Source: an uncultured Verrucomicrobiae bacterium (GTDB taxonomy: Bacteria; Verrucomicrobiota; Verrucomicrobiia; Limisphaerales; Palsa-1400). From it: DNA of 64,000 bases. Under the pieces are notes generated by a model that searched no databases, had not been told where the DNA came from, and was given only the letters and a program-made list of their open reading frames with translations. This document shows, in pieces, positions 9,136 through 18,646 of the stretch. The position numbers and the translations under genes are program-made. Within the stretch, counting starts at the first letter, position 1. Every line of letters begins with the position of its first letter. The stretch lies in assembly GCA_963707025.1 (NCBI GenBank), contig CAVPOM010000007.1, forward strand, positions 224,001 through 288,000, read 5' to 3'.

Positions 9136-10878
9136 ATGAAAACAACACCGTTCATTCCAGTGGCGGCCCTTCTGGTTCTTGGCGTCTGGAGCGTTGCCTT
9201 TGCGGGCGCGGCCTCTCCTCTGCCCGGACCGGGCCAGGCCGCCGGGCCGGATTTTGGCCCCAACGTTCTGATCTTCGATCCGGCCATGACTAATATTCAA
9301 AGCCAGATGGACGCGATCTTCAGCCAACAAGAACGCAATCAATTCGGTTCCAATCGCTATGCCTACCTGTTTAAGCCGGGCCAGTATCACTTGGACGTGC
9401 AGATGGGTTTCTACATGCAGGCGCTGGGCCTGGGAGCATCACCGGACGATGTCGCCATCACAGGGGCGGTGCGGTCCACGGCCGGCTGGATGCGCGGCAA
9501 TGCCACCTGTAATTTCTGGCGCGCTGTGGAGAATCTGTCGGTCACGCCGACGCCGGACCGGGATCCGGATGTCTGGGCGGTGTCGCAAGGCACCGCGCTT
9601 CGCCGGGTCCACTTGAAAGGAGATTTGAATCTCTGGGATAACGGATGGTCCAGCGGCGGATTTATGGCCGACTGCCGGATTGACGGCCGGGTCAATTCCG
9701 GATCTCAGCAACAATGGCTTTCCAGAAACGCGCAATGGGGAAGTTGGACCGGCGGCTCGTGGAACATGGTTTTTGTCGGCGTGGTCAATCCGCCCGCCGG
9801 CAGGTGGCCGGTTTCACCGTACACGGTGGTTGAGAAAACGCCGCTGATCCGGGAGAAGCCGTATTTGTTTATTGACGATGGCGGACACTATTTTGTCATG
9901 GTGCCGGGCCTCCAAAACGGCGGCGCGCAGGGAACCACCTGGTCGGGCGGGAGCACCCCGGGGCAGGCATGGCCGATGGACCGGTTCTACCTGGCGCATC
10001 CGGGAACGGACAATGCCGCCAGCATCAATGCGGCGCTGGGCCAGGGGCGGAATGTCATCTTCACTCCGGGGATTTATCATTTGGAAAACAGCCTCCGCAT
10101 CACCCGGCCGGACACCCTGGCGCTGGGACTGGGTTACCCGACGCTGGCGCCGGACAACGGAACTCCCGCGCTGGTGATTTCCGACGTGGATGGCGTCAAG
10201 GTGGGAGGAATCCTCTTCGAAGCGGGCGCCAGCAATTCGGCCACCTTGTTGCAAGTGGGAGAGGCGGGGAGTTCGATTTCCCATGCCAGGAACCCGCTGT
10301 TTCTTTACGACATTTTCTGCCGGGCGGGCGGCGCGTCGGTGGGAAAAACGACCTGCATGGTCACCATTAATTGCAACGACGTGGTGGGTGACAACTTCTG
10401 GCTCTGGCGGGCGGATCATGGCCGCGGGGTGGGCTGGTCCGCCAATGCCAACGACAACGGCCTGATTGTCAACGGCAATAACGTCACCTTCTACGGCCTG
10501 TTCGTCGAGCACTGCCAGGGGTATCAAACCATGTGGAACGGCAATGGCGGGCGCGTTTACTTTTACCAATCCGAAATGCCTTATGATCCGCCCAGCCTGG
10601 AGGCCTGGCGGCACGGGACCGTCAACGGATTCGCCTCCTACAAAGTGGCGGACTCGGTGACCACGCATCAGGCCTGGGGGCTGGGCGTGTATTGCGTGTT
10701 TTACAGGGCGCCGATTGTCGCCGAAAACGCGATCGAGACTCCGGCCGCTCCGGGCATCCAGATGCGCCACATGGTGACCATCCGGCTGGGCGGCGGGCAG
10801 CGCGGCAGCGGCATCAATCATGTGATCAACGGCACCGGCAGTCCGGTGATTACAACCATGAAGGCGATAGTGGACTAG
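9136..10878 (+). CDS. Glycoside hydrolase family 55-like beta-1,3-glucanase, secreted
   Basis: Signal peptide; DFGPNVLIFDP, NATCNFWR, WAVSQ, SQQQW, GLFVEH, YQSEMPYD as in bacterial GH55. Confidence 0.8.
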   Translation: MKTTPFIPVAALLVLGVWSVAFAGAASPLPGPGQAAGPDFGPNVLIFDPAMTNIQSQMDAIFSQQERNQFGSNRYAYLFKPGQYHLDVQMGFYMQALGLGASPDDVAITGAVRSTAGWMRGNATCNFWRAVENLSVTPTPDRDPDVWAVSQGTALRRVHLKGDLNLWDNGWSSGGFMADCRIDGRVNSGSQQQWLSRNAQWGSWTGGSWNMVFVGVVNPPAGRWPVSPYTVVEKTPLIREKPYLFIDDGGHYFVMVPGLQNGGAQGTTWSGGSTPGQAWPMDRFYLAHPGTDNAASINAALGQGRNVIFTPGIYHLENSLRITRPDTLALGLGYPTLAPDNGTPALVISDVDGVKVGGILFEAGASNSATLLQVGEAGSSISHARNPLFLYDIFCRAGGASVGKTTCMVTINCNDVVGDNFWLWRADHGRGVGWSANANDNGLIVNGNNVTFYGLFVEHCQGYQTMWNGNGGRVYFYQSEMPYDPPSLEAWRHGTVNGFASYKVADSVTTHQAWGLGVYCVFYRAPIVAENAIETPAAPGIQMRHMVTIRLGGGQRGSGINHVINGTGSPVITTMKAIVD

Positions 10879-10935
10879 GGCGCGGACAAATGGTTGACAA
10901 ATGCTCAAACCTCGCCTAGCCTCGCCAACACATAT

Positions 10936-12258
10936 ATGAAAACGAACACTGAAGCATTCAAAGAGGTCAAAAAGGTTCGCTACGAGGGGCCGAAATCGAA
11001 AAACCCGCTGGCCTTCAAGCATTACAACCCGGCCGAACTGGTCGAGGGCAAGGCGATGCGCGATCACCTGCGCTTTTCCGTGGTTTACTGGCACACTTTC
11101 CGCGGCACCGGCTCGGACCCTTTCGGTCCGGGCACCGCGCTGCGGCCCTGGGACGACGGCTCGAACTCGGTCGAAAACGCGCAGCACCGGGCGCGGGTGG
11201 CCATGGAGTTCATCGAAAAGCTTGGCGCGCCGTTCTTCGCGTTCCACGATCGCGACATCGCGCCGGAAGGAAGCGATCTGGCGGAAACCAACCGCAATCT
11301 GGACGCGGTCGTCCCGGTGCTGAAAGAGGAGCAGAAACGCACCGGCATCAAGCTGCTTTGGGGCACGGCCAATCTCTTTTCCAATCCGCGTTTCATGAGC
11401 GGCGCCGGCACCAGTCCCAACGCGGAGGTCTTTGCCTATGCCGCCGCGCAGGTGAAGAAGGCGCTGGAAGTGACGCACCAACTCCGGGGCGAAGGGTACG
11501 TGTTCTGGGGCGGGCGGGAAGGTTATTCCACGCTGCTGAACACGGACATGAAGCGCGAGCTGGATCACATGGCCCGGTTGTTGCGCCTGGCGGTGGATTA
11601 CAAAAAGCAGCTCGGTTTCAAAGGGCAGTTTTACCTGGAGCCAAAGCCGAAGGAACCGACCAAGCATCAGTATGATTTCGACGCCGCCGCCTGCCTGAAT
11701 TTCCTGCGCGAATACGATTTGCTGCCGCACTTCAAGCTCAACCTGGAGACCAACCACGCCACCCTGGCGGGCCACACCATGCAACACGAGCTGGAGGTGG
11801 CGGGCGCGGCGGGCCGGCTCGGCTCGATTGACGCCAACACCGGCGACGAGCTGCTGGGCTGGGACACGGACCAGTTTCCGACGAGCATTTATCTGACCGC
11901 TTACGTGATGCTCACCCTTTTGAAATACGGCGGCTTAAAGAGCGGCGGCGTGAATTTCGACGCGAAAGTGCGCCGGGAAAGCTTCGAGCCGATGGACCTT
12001 TTCTATGCGCATATTGGCGGCATGGACGCCTTCGCGCGCGGGCTGAAGATTGCCGCCGCCATCCGCAAGGACGGACGCCTGGCCGAGTTTGTCCAGGAGC
12101 GCTACTCCTCCTGGGATTCCGGCCTCGGCGCGAAAATCGAGTCGGGCAAGGTCACGATGACGGAACTGGAGGCCTATATCCTCCGGCAGGGTGATGCCGC
12201 CGGCAATCGCAGCGGCCGCCAGGAGTTCCTGGAGAATCTTATCAACGAGTTCATTTGA
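10936..12258 (+). CDS. xylA: Xylose isomerase (class II)
   Basis: YWHTF, FHDRD, WGGREGY, EPKPKEP, GWDTDQF, NFDAK. Confidence 0.97.
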   Translation: MKTNTEAFKEVKKVRYEGPKSKNPLAFKHYNPAELVEGKAMRDHLRFSVVYWHTFRGTGSDPFGPGTALRPWDDGSNSVENAQHRARVAMEFIEKLGAPFFAFHDRDIAPEGSDLAETNRNLDAVVPVLKEEQKRTGIKLLWGTANLFSNPRFMSGAGTSPNAEVFAYAAAQVKKALEVTHQLRGEGYVFWGGREGYSTLLNTDMKRELDHMARLLRLAVDYKKQLGFKGQFYLEPKPKEPTKHQYDFDAAACLNFLREYDLLPHFKLNLETNHATLAGHTMQHELEVAGAAGRLGSIDANTGDELLGWDTDQFPTSIYLTAYVMLTLLKYGGLKSGGVNFDAKVRRESFEPMDLFYAHIGGMDAFARGLKIAAAIRKDGRLAEFVQERYSSWDSGLGAKIESGKVTMTELEAYILRQGDAAGNRSGRQEFLENLINEFI

Positions 12259-12340
12259 GTTTCGGTTTATTCGGACCATCCCGCATCCGGGCAGGTTCCC
12301 GGCTCAACTCAAGGAAGGCCGTTGGGCAACGGGTTGCCAG

Positions 12341-13075
12341 TCACCACAGCCACCGCGTCAATAATGGCGCCAGGGCCAGGCTGGGAAGATAATCGGCCAT
12401 GGCCACTTTCTTGATCTGCAAAACGATCAGGGCCACGCAAAAAATCAGCAGGCCGTCGGTCGCGTTGATGGAGTCAAGCAGAGGCGCGGCCTGCAGCCGC
12501 AGCGTGGGTTCCAGCAGGGCGACGCCGCGGATGATCGCCCCTTGCCAGGCCAGGACCGGAATGGCCGAGACCATGACGCCCCAGCCGAAGGTCCTGGCAA
12601 ACGCCATCGTGGCCATGCCATCCATGACGGCCTTGACGCAGAACACTTGGGCGAAACCGGTCAACCCTTCCGACACCGATCCGAGGATCGCCAGCGGGGC
12701 GGCGCAAAACAAGGCGGTGGCCACGCGGAAGCCGTCGTTGAACTGCGGTTTGCCGGAGGCGGCCGCGGCCATCTTCCGCGTGGCGAATTGGCCCACCGCG
12801 TTGGAAAGCCGCTGCAGACGCAGCAGTTTGCCGGCCAGTTTTCCCAGGGCCATGGCCAGCAGCACGATGGCCAGTTGTTTCAATCTCTGCACGGCGCTGC
12901 CATTCAAGCTGGACAACGTCAAGGTGAGTCCAAACCAGACGGTAAAGACGCCGAGCAGCACTCTGGCCCTGGATTGGTTGGCCGCGGAAACCGGTTTTTT
13001 CAGAACGAGGGCCAAAATGCCGCCGAGCACGATACCTGCCGAATTAATGAGGGCGCCAACCATCGGGCGAATCAT
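12341..13075 (-). CDS. DUF554 (YdfK-like) membrane protein
   Basis: GALIN..IVLGG start, LFCAAPLAILGS, KAVMDG, multiple TMs. Confidence 0.85.
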   Translation of the reverse strand: MIRPMVGALINSAGIVLGGILALVLKKPVSAANQSRARVLLGVFTVWFGLTLTLSSLNGSAVQRLKQLAIVLLAMALGKLAGKLLRLQRLSNAVGQFATRKMAAAASGKPQFNDGFRVATALFCAAPLAILGSVSEGLTGFAQVFCVKAVMDGMATMAFARTFGWGVMVSAIPVLAWQGAIIRGVALLEPTLRLQAAPLLDSINATDGLLIFCVALIVLQIKKVAMADYLPSLALAPLLTRWLW

Positions 13076-13217
13076 GGAGTTGGGCGCCCCGGCTGCAAAG
13101 CGGAAAGTGGCGCCGGCAGGCCGGTTGAATTAAGATCAAAATTAGCAATCCTTCACTGCGAAGCCTCGTTGACACTCCGGCGGCCTCCATGCTAATAATG
13201 ACACTGCTCGAGCCATT

Positions 13218-13838
13218 ATGAGTTCGTTCTTAAATCAGCACGTTCTGGTCTTGAACCGCCTCTGGCAGGCGGTCAATATCTGCACCGCCCGGCGCGCCCT
13301 CACGCTCCTTTTCGAGGGCCACGCCCAGGCCGTGCTGAGCGACGAGGAGGGCGCCTTCCAAACTTTCAGCTTCAACCAATGGCGGGATTTATCCGCGCAG
13401 GAACCGCATGGGGAAACCATTGCCACCGTCTCCTTCAAAATCCGCGTGCCGCGGGTGATCCTGCTCGTGCTGTTTGATCGCCTGCACAAAAAGGAAGTCA
13501 AGTTCACCCGGCACAACATTTTCGAGCGCGACCGCAATACCTGCCAATACTGCGGCCAGGTTTTCGAGCGCAAGGATTTGAATCTGGATCACGTCATTCC
13601 GCGCGACCGCGGCGGGCCGACCTCGTGGGAAAACATCGTCTGTTCGTGTGTCCGCTGCAACACGCAAAAGGCCAACCGCACGCCGCAGGAAGCCGCCCTG
13701 CACCTGGTGCGCAAACCGAAACGGCCCAAATGGCGCCCGTTTGTCCAGGTCAATCTCGGCCTGCCGCACCACGACAGTTGGAAGCATTTCCTGGATTTGG
13801 CCTATTGGAACGTGGAGTTGGGCGAGGACGCGGGGTGA
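13218..13838 (+). CDS. HNH endonuclease family protein
   Basis: VLVLN N-terminus, TRHNIFERD, CQYCG, LDHVIPRDRGG, WENIVCSCVRCN. Confidence 0.92.
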   Translation: MSSFLNQHVLVLNRLWQAVNICTARRALTLLFEGHAQAVLSDEEGAFQTFSFNQWRDLSAQEPHGETIATVSFKIRVPRVILLVLFDRLHKKEVKFTRHNIFERDRNTCQYCGQVFERKDLNLDHVIPRDRGGPTSWENIVCSCVRCNTQKANRTPQEAALHLVRKPKRPKWRPFVQVNLGLPHHDSWKHFLDLAYWNVELGEDAG

Positions 13839-13889
13839 GGGCGCAAAGCAGCCCCATGGCCGGGTGATGGCAGGATGGATGCCTGCGAA

Positions 13890-14255
13890 TTAGGAAACTT
13901 TCTTTCGGGCGGACTCGATCATTTCCCAGAACTTGGGATTCTCCTGCAACGCCTGGTCCTCGCCGGTGGGCAGGCTGGATCGGAAAAGGAAATCTTTCAG
14001 CGTGTTGCGGCTGAGGATGCGGTGAACGACGACGCCCAGTTCATGCCGCTCAAAATAGACCCGGTAATCGCCCAGGCGGAAGCGGTGGAGCGTCTTGCCG
14101 TCGCGCTCCAGCTTGCCGAAATGCTGCAGATCGCGGGTGAGAACTTCCTGGGGCAATCCGCGAAATTCACCCAGAATATGAAGCTGCAATTCGCGCGGCA
14201 TCCTGGCCAATTCCGCTGCGCTGATGGGGTTGAAAATAATCTGAAATTGCAGCAT
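13890..14255 (-). CDS. RelE/ParE-like protein with C-terminal extension
   Basis: FQIIFN..LHRFRLGDYRVYFE..VHRIL pattern of the RelE fold. Confidence 0.7.
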   Translation of the reverse strand: MLQFQIIFNPISAAELARMPRELQLHILGEFRGLPQEVLTRDLQHFGKLERDGKTLHRFRLGDYRVYFERHELGVVVHRILSRNTLKDFLFRSSLPTGEDQALQENPKFWEMIESARKKVS

Positions 14256-14306
14256 GAGAAAGATATTAAGGGTTAAAGCGCAAAATTGCAACGTTCCCGG
14301 CATGGC

Positions 14307-14396
14307 GGTAGTGCCTTAATTTCATTATTGTAGTGTCGGCGCTGTGCGCCGAAGTCGAGCCACAGGCTCGACTCTACACCAAATTAAGGCACTGCC
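14307..14396. mobile_element. 90-bp MITE with 16-bp TIRs and 8-bp target-site duplication
   Basis: GGTAGTGCCTTAATTT / AAATTAAGGCACTGCC (15/16 match); GGCATGGC at 14299-14306 and 14397-14404; internal GTAG..CTAC double hairpin. Confidence 0.8.
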
Positions 14397-14458
14397 GGCA
14401 TGGCCCGCCACCACCAAAGCGCCTGGCAGGAGCAGCGGTGGAAAAGGCGCTGGCGAAT

Positions 14459-16609
14459 CTATTTTTCATGGTAGGGGTGGCGGGAGCGGTAGATTTCCAG
14501 GAGTTCCAGGTTGCGCGCGGCCAGGTCTTTCGCGGTTTTTTCCTCCGCCGGATCCTGCGCGTTGCCGGCCACCTGCAGGGCCAAATCATGGGCCTGCTGC
14601 GCGGCGGCCTGGGCCTCATCAAAGCGCCCCGCTTCGGCATAGGCGGCCGCCAGGGTGCCGAGGAACATGGGCTGCCGGCCGTGATCGAGTTCGCAGGCGC
14701 GCGCGGCCAGTTTCACGGCTTCGGCGCCATTGCGAAATTCTGGATACGGACTGGCGGCCAGGATCCAGGCGAGGTTATTCATCACCGTGCAGTCGGACGC
14801 AGAAGGCGGGACATTCTTGGCCAGGCGGTAATGCGAGATGGCGTCGGTCGTTTTGCCTTGTTTGGCCAGCGCAATTGCCAATTGGAGACGGGCGTCAGAA
14901 AACTGAGGGGCCATGCGCAAGGCTTCGGTGAACTGAGCACAGGCCTCATCTGGTTTGCCCAGTTTGGCCAGCGCCTGCCCCAGTCCGTAATGGGCCTCGG
15001 GAACCACCGGGTCGGCGGCCAGGATTTTGGCGAATTGTTGCTCCGCTTGGGCGGGGCGATCCTGTCCGAGCAAGGCCTTGCCATAGAGGAGCCGGGCATC
15101 GCGGGACGCGGGGTTAAGCTGGAGGGCGGTCGCCAGTTCGGTGGCAGCCTGATCGTATTTGCCCTGGAGCAACAACACCTCGCCAAGAATACCGTGAGTC
15201 AGTTCGTAGTTCTTGTTAAGCTGGAGGGACTTCTCACATTCGACGCGGGCGCGTTCCAATTGGCGGTTGGCCAGAAAATAGGCGGCATAGCAGTTCTGGG
15301 CGATGAAATTGTCCGGGTCCACTTCCAAGTTGTGGACGAAAAGAGTTTCGCCATTTCTCCAATACTGAATCTGTCGGCCGGCCAGAAGGGCGCAAGCCAC
15401 CAACGCAATCCAGGCCGCCCCGCCCAACAGGACCGGCCCCTGCCGCCAGCCGCCGGCCAGATCACTAGCACCCCAGATGAACAGGATGAACAAGCCGATG
15501 GACGGGATGTAGGTATAACGGTCGGCCATGGATTGCGCTCCCACCCGCACCAGCCCAATGACGGGGACGAGCGTTCCCAAAAACCAAAGCCAGCCCAGCA
15601 GCAACCAGGGCCGGGTTTTCCAAAAGCGCAGGACGACCGCGGAAACAGCGATCAAAAAAAGGCAGGCCGCCGTGATTTGCCAGGTTTCCCATGGAATATC
15701 GTAAGGATAAATCGCAACCAAGTTCCGGGGCCAAATCGTCTTGGCCACGTAGATGAAATAGCTGACGACGGCGTTGCCCAGACGATGCGGGAATGCAAGG
15801 CTGGCCAGGGATCGAATGCTCGAGGCAGCGGCCGTCACCGCCAGAACGGAGAAAAAGATGGAAAGGACAACGAACGGGATTTTTTCGATCAACAGCCGCC
15901 AATTCCCGGCAGGGCGGGACTCGGCCGGAACCTGAACATTTTTCGGATTAAGATCAGGTTTGAGAGGGGCCAATTGCAGCCGGCGCAACGGCCACCAATC
16001 CAGGAGCAGCAGGACGAACGGGAGCGTCACCAGCATCGGTTTGGACATCAACCCCAGCACGAAGAAAGCCAGGGCGAGGACATAGAATTTTTTGCATTTT
16101 GCATTTTGCATTTTGCATTCTTCCCCATAGCGGAGGTAGGCCCATAACGTCAGCATCCAAAACACCGTGCATAACACGTCCTTGCGCTCGGAGAGCCAGG
16201 CGACCGACTCGACATGCAATGGGTGCCAGGCAAAGAGCGCCGCCACCATGGCGCTGCGCCAAATAGCCCCGGTCATCCGATTGAGCAGGAGAAACAGCAA
16301 CACCGAGCTGAGAATGTGAAGGGCCAGGCTGGTGGCATGATGACCTCCCAGCCAGCGGTGAAACAACTGGCAATCGAGCATGTAAGACAGCCAGGTCAAC
16401 GGATGCCACATGCTGGCGTAGCTGGTGGCAAAGCACCAGCGCAAGCCCTCCCAGGTGAACCCGCCGTTCACATGATAATTGTTCATGAGAAAAATCGGAT
16501 CGTCGAACGGCACGTAATCGAAGGTGACGACGGGCCAAAAGAGGAGCGCAGTGCCCAAGGCCAACGCAAGGCAGACCAGACCCTTTCGCAGACTATCTTT
16601 GGCAATCAC
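14459..16609 (-). CDS. Multi-TM plus TPR protein (TMTC/GT-C glycosyltransferase-like)
   Basis: FDD, WHPLTWLS, HPLHVESVAWLSERKDVL, SKPMLV, ADRYTY, C-terminal TPRs. Confidence 0.85.
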   Translation of the reverse strand: MIAKDSLRKGLVCLALALGTALLFWPVVTFDYVPFDDPIFLMNNYHVNGGFTWEGLRWCFATSYASMWHPLTWLSYMLDCQLFHRWLGGHHATSLALHILSSVLLFLLLNRMTGAIWRSAMVAALFAWHPLHVESVAWLSERKDVLCTVFWMLTLWAYLRYGEECKMQNAKCKKFYVLALAFFVLGLMSKPMLVTLPFVLLLLDWWPLRRLQLAPLKPDLNPKNVQVPAESRPAGNWRLLIEKIPFVVLSIFFSVLAVTAAASSIRSLASLAFPHRLGNAVVSYFIYVAKTIWPRNLVAIYPYDIPWETWQITAACLFLIAVSAVVLRFWKTRPWLLLGWLWFLGTLVPVIGLVRVGAQSMADRYTYIPSIGLFILFIWGASDLAGGWRQGPVLLGGAAWIALVACALLAGRQIQYWRNGETLFVHNLEVDPDNFIAQNCYAAYFLANRQLERARVECEKSLQLNKNYELTHGILGEVLLLQGKYDQAATELATALQLNPASRDARLLYGKALLGQDRPAQAEQQFAKILAADPVVPEAHYGLGQALAKLGKPDEACAQFTEALRMAPQFSDARLQLAIALAKQGKTTDAISHYRLAKNVPPSASDCTVMNNLAWILAASPYPEFRNGAEAVKLAARACELDHGRQPMFLGTLAAAYAEAGRFDEAQAAAQQAHDLALQVAGNAQDPAEEKTAKDLAARNLELLEIYRSRHPYHEK

Positions 16610-16631
16610 GCGGGGATCTTAATCATTGGGA

Positions 16632-16706
16632 TGGTAGCGCGTACGGGAATCGCACCCGTCTTTCAGCCTTGAGAGGGCCGTGTCCTAACTGATAGACGAA
16701 CGCGCC
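16632..16706 (-). tRNA. tRNA-Glu (CTC)
   Basis: Reverse complement GGCGCGTTCGTCTATCAGTTAGGACACGGCCCTCTCAAGGCTGAAAGACGGGTGCGATTCCCGTACGCGCTACCA forms a cloverleaf with CTC anticodon and CCA end. Confidence 0.95.
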
Positions 16707-16754
16707 ATTAGTCCGGGCAACGTATTCCGCCGGCCTGCGGATGTCAATGGGGAC

Positions 16755-16785
16755 AAAAAAAGAGCCGCCCTGGAAGGGGCGGCTC
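16755..16785 (-). terminator. Rho-independent terminator of the PEP-CTERM operon
   Basis: GAGCCGCCC-6nt-GGGCGGCTC followed by T7 on the minus strand. Confidence 0.85.
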
Positions 16786-16802
16786 GTGAGGGAAAAAACC
16801 AA

Positions 16803-17504
16803 TTACTTCGTGCGGCGGCGGGCCAGGAATGCGCAGAGGCCCATCACGCCAAGAGCAATCGTGCTCGGCTCAGGAATCGTTTGTTGCAAGCTGAAACTCT
16901 GCATTCCAGCAAGGTCTTCCGGAGTGTTGGGAGGTTACCCGGTGACTCCGCCGAGCGCAGTCAGATTAAGTGTAGGCGATTCGCCCCAAGGCACACCGGC
17001 AGCCTCGGCTGCGGCCAAGCTGGTGATGGTGCCACCACCATTATACCAACAGGCCAAGGCGACAGTCGCTGAACCAGCTGAAGTGCCCGGAATCCCCGGA
17101 TCCCCGGTGGGGTAGGACGGGGTTAGAAATGTGCCGAGGACGGCCGCTTGGGCAGTCTGGCGCATTAACGTTGTATACTGGGCCACCGGCAGCAGCGATG
17201 AAGCCGCATCACCTGTTCCCGGAGCAGCCAAGAGCTGCACCGAGAAGTTGTTGCCGAAGGTATAGTTGACTGGAAGACCGGCGGCACCGGAAGCGCCACC
17301 CAGCAACACACTGCCGTTGCCATAAACTTGCGAGCCAGCAGGAATATCAGTGGCTGTGTTGCCAGTTATCTCAACTCCACTTGCCTGCGGTGTGTAGATA
17401 TGGAAGGTCGCATCACCTGCGCGGTCAGTGAAGTTTACAGTGCCTTGAGCATAAGCTCCAAGCGCCATAGCAGAGAACAGGCCGATCAATAATGTTTTTT
17501 TCAT
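16803..17504 (-). CDS. PEP-CTERM surface protein interrupted by an in-frame TAA at 16935-16937
   Basis: Signal peptide; the same frame continues past TAA as PPNTPEDLAGMQSFSLQQTIPEPSTIALGVMGLCAFLARRRTK. Confidence 0.85.
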
Positions 17505-17565
17505 AGCGTGTTTGTTTAGGAATTGTTGGCGGTTTTCAGATCGTTAGACTGATGGTGTTTTTGTC

Positions 17566-18351
17566 TCAGTTGACATCAAAGGTCCGCGTCCACATACTAT
17601 GATAGTTTGGCGCAGTACCAGGAGTAGTGCCGGGGTTGGTGATGATTGCACCATTTTGAAAGCCCCGGTAAAAGAACCCTTGACCCACGCCGACTGTCGG
17701 ATTCGCGGGTTGAGTGCCACCAGGACCATCCCAAGGCTGACCTTGGGGATCCGTGGCGAATTCATCACCATTATAGGTCTGCCACCCAGGCTGCGTCGAG
17801 GTGGACGGGTTATAAACATACACAATGTCGTTATCCACTTCGGGCAACCCCAAATCAACATCCAGCCGACCCGCTTGCGGAACCATCGAACTGGCCAAGT
17901 TAAAGCCCGGTCCGGCCAAGGCTGTATTGGTCAGAGGTCCCTGTAGCACCGTGCCGACGAAGGTGATTGTGACAGCCGCCCCGGAAAGATTGTTAACGAA
18001 AACAGCCTCACCAGGATTCAACGTCGTATTGGTTGCCTGTTGTTGATCCCAAGGAAAGGTTTGTGTGCTAAAATAATCCGGTTGGAGCGTCAGCCAATTA
18101 GAGATGGCAGGCTGCCACTTGAAGAACGTGCAACTGTTGAGGCCAGACACACCATCGGTTGGGATCTGCGAATCCAGCAAAGGCGAAAGGTTGTTGTTGG
18201 AGGTGTTCAACTGGTTTGCAACGATCGAGAAACCAAGCGGTATGGTCACGTTGATGTAGCCGACCGCGTTGAGGGAATAAACTTGCGCCATGAGGGACGC
18301 GCTGGTTAGCGCGGCGACGACGCCCGACAGAAGCAGTGTTTTTGTTCTCAT
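17566..18351 (-). CDS. Secreted hypothetical protein (mature N-terminus QVYSLNAVGYIN, C-terminus WTRTFDVN)
   Basis: Clean ORF, signal peptide, lower GC, same strand and 61 bp upstream of the PEP-CTERM gene. Confidence 0.8.
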   Translation of the reverse strand: MRTKTLLLSGVVAALTSASLMAQVYSLNAVGYINVTIPLGFSIVANQLNTSNNNLSPLLDSQIPTDGVSGLNSCTFFKWQPAISNWLTLQPDYFSTQTFPWDQQQATNTTLNPGEAVFVNNLSGAAVTITFVGTVLQGPLTNTALAGPGFNLASSMVPQAGRLDVDLGLPEVDNDIVYVYNPSTSTQPGWQTYNGDEFATDPQGQPWDGPGGTQPANPTVGVGQGFFYRGFQNGAIITNPGTTPGTAPNYHSMWTRTFDVN

Positions 18352-18381
18352 ATTTTTATGTTTTGTTGTCCGTGTGTGTGG

Positions 18382-18441
18382 ACTTTCTCAGAATACAAAG
18401 CCGGTGTCAACGTCTTTTTTTCACTTTTTTTAGTTTTTTTT
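18382..18441 (-). promoter_or_regulatory. Putative strong sigma70-type promoter with A-tract UP element
   Basis: TTGACA (18410-18405), 17-nt spacer, GAAAGT (18387-18382), three upstream A-tracts. Confidence 0.55.
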
Positions 18442-18646
18442 CCTGATACGTTTTCATGGCTCTGACTGTAATACCCTCCTCCAGCCGGCCCGACTTGTAA
18501 AGTTTTTTTTGAAAATAAATTCATCCGATATTGGCGTGGTTCTGGAATAACGCAAATACCTTATACACAACAACTTGCAATCACAGCCGTTGACCCGTGG
18601 ATTAACACAGATACGGAAAGGAAGAAGTCTGCCTTCTTTAACCGCT

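Noticed and set aside
13169..13199. Sigma70 promoter upstream of the HNH gene
   Set aside because: Perfect TTGACA but ambiguous -10 spacing; plausible yet unremarkable.
18552..18578. Degenerate dif/Xer-like palindrome GCAAAT..ACTTGC
   Set aside because: Too degenerate and single-copy in this window to support.
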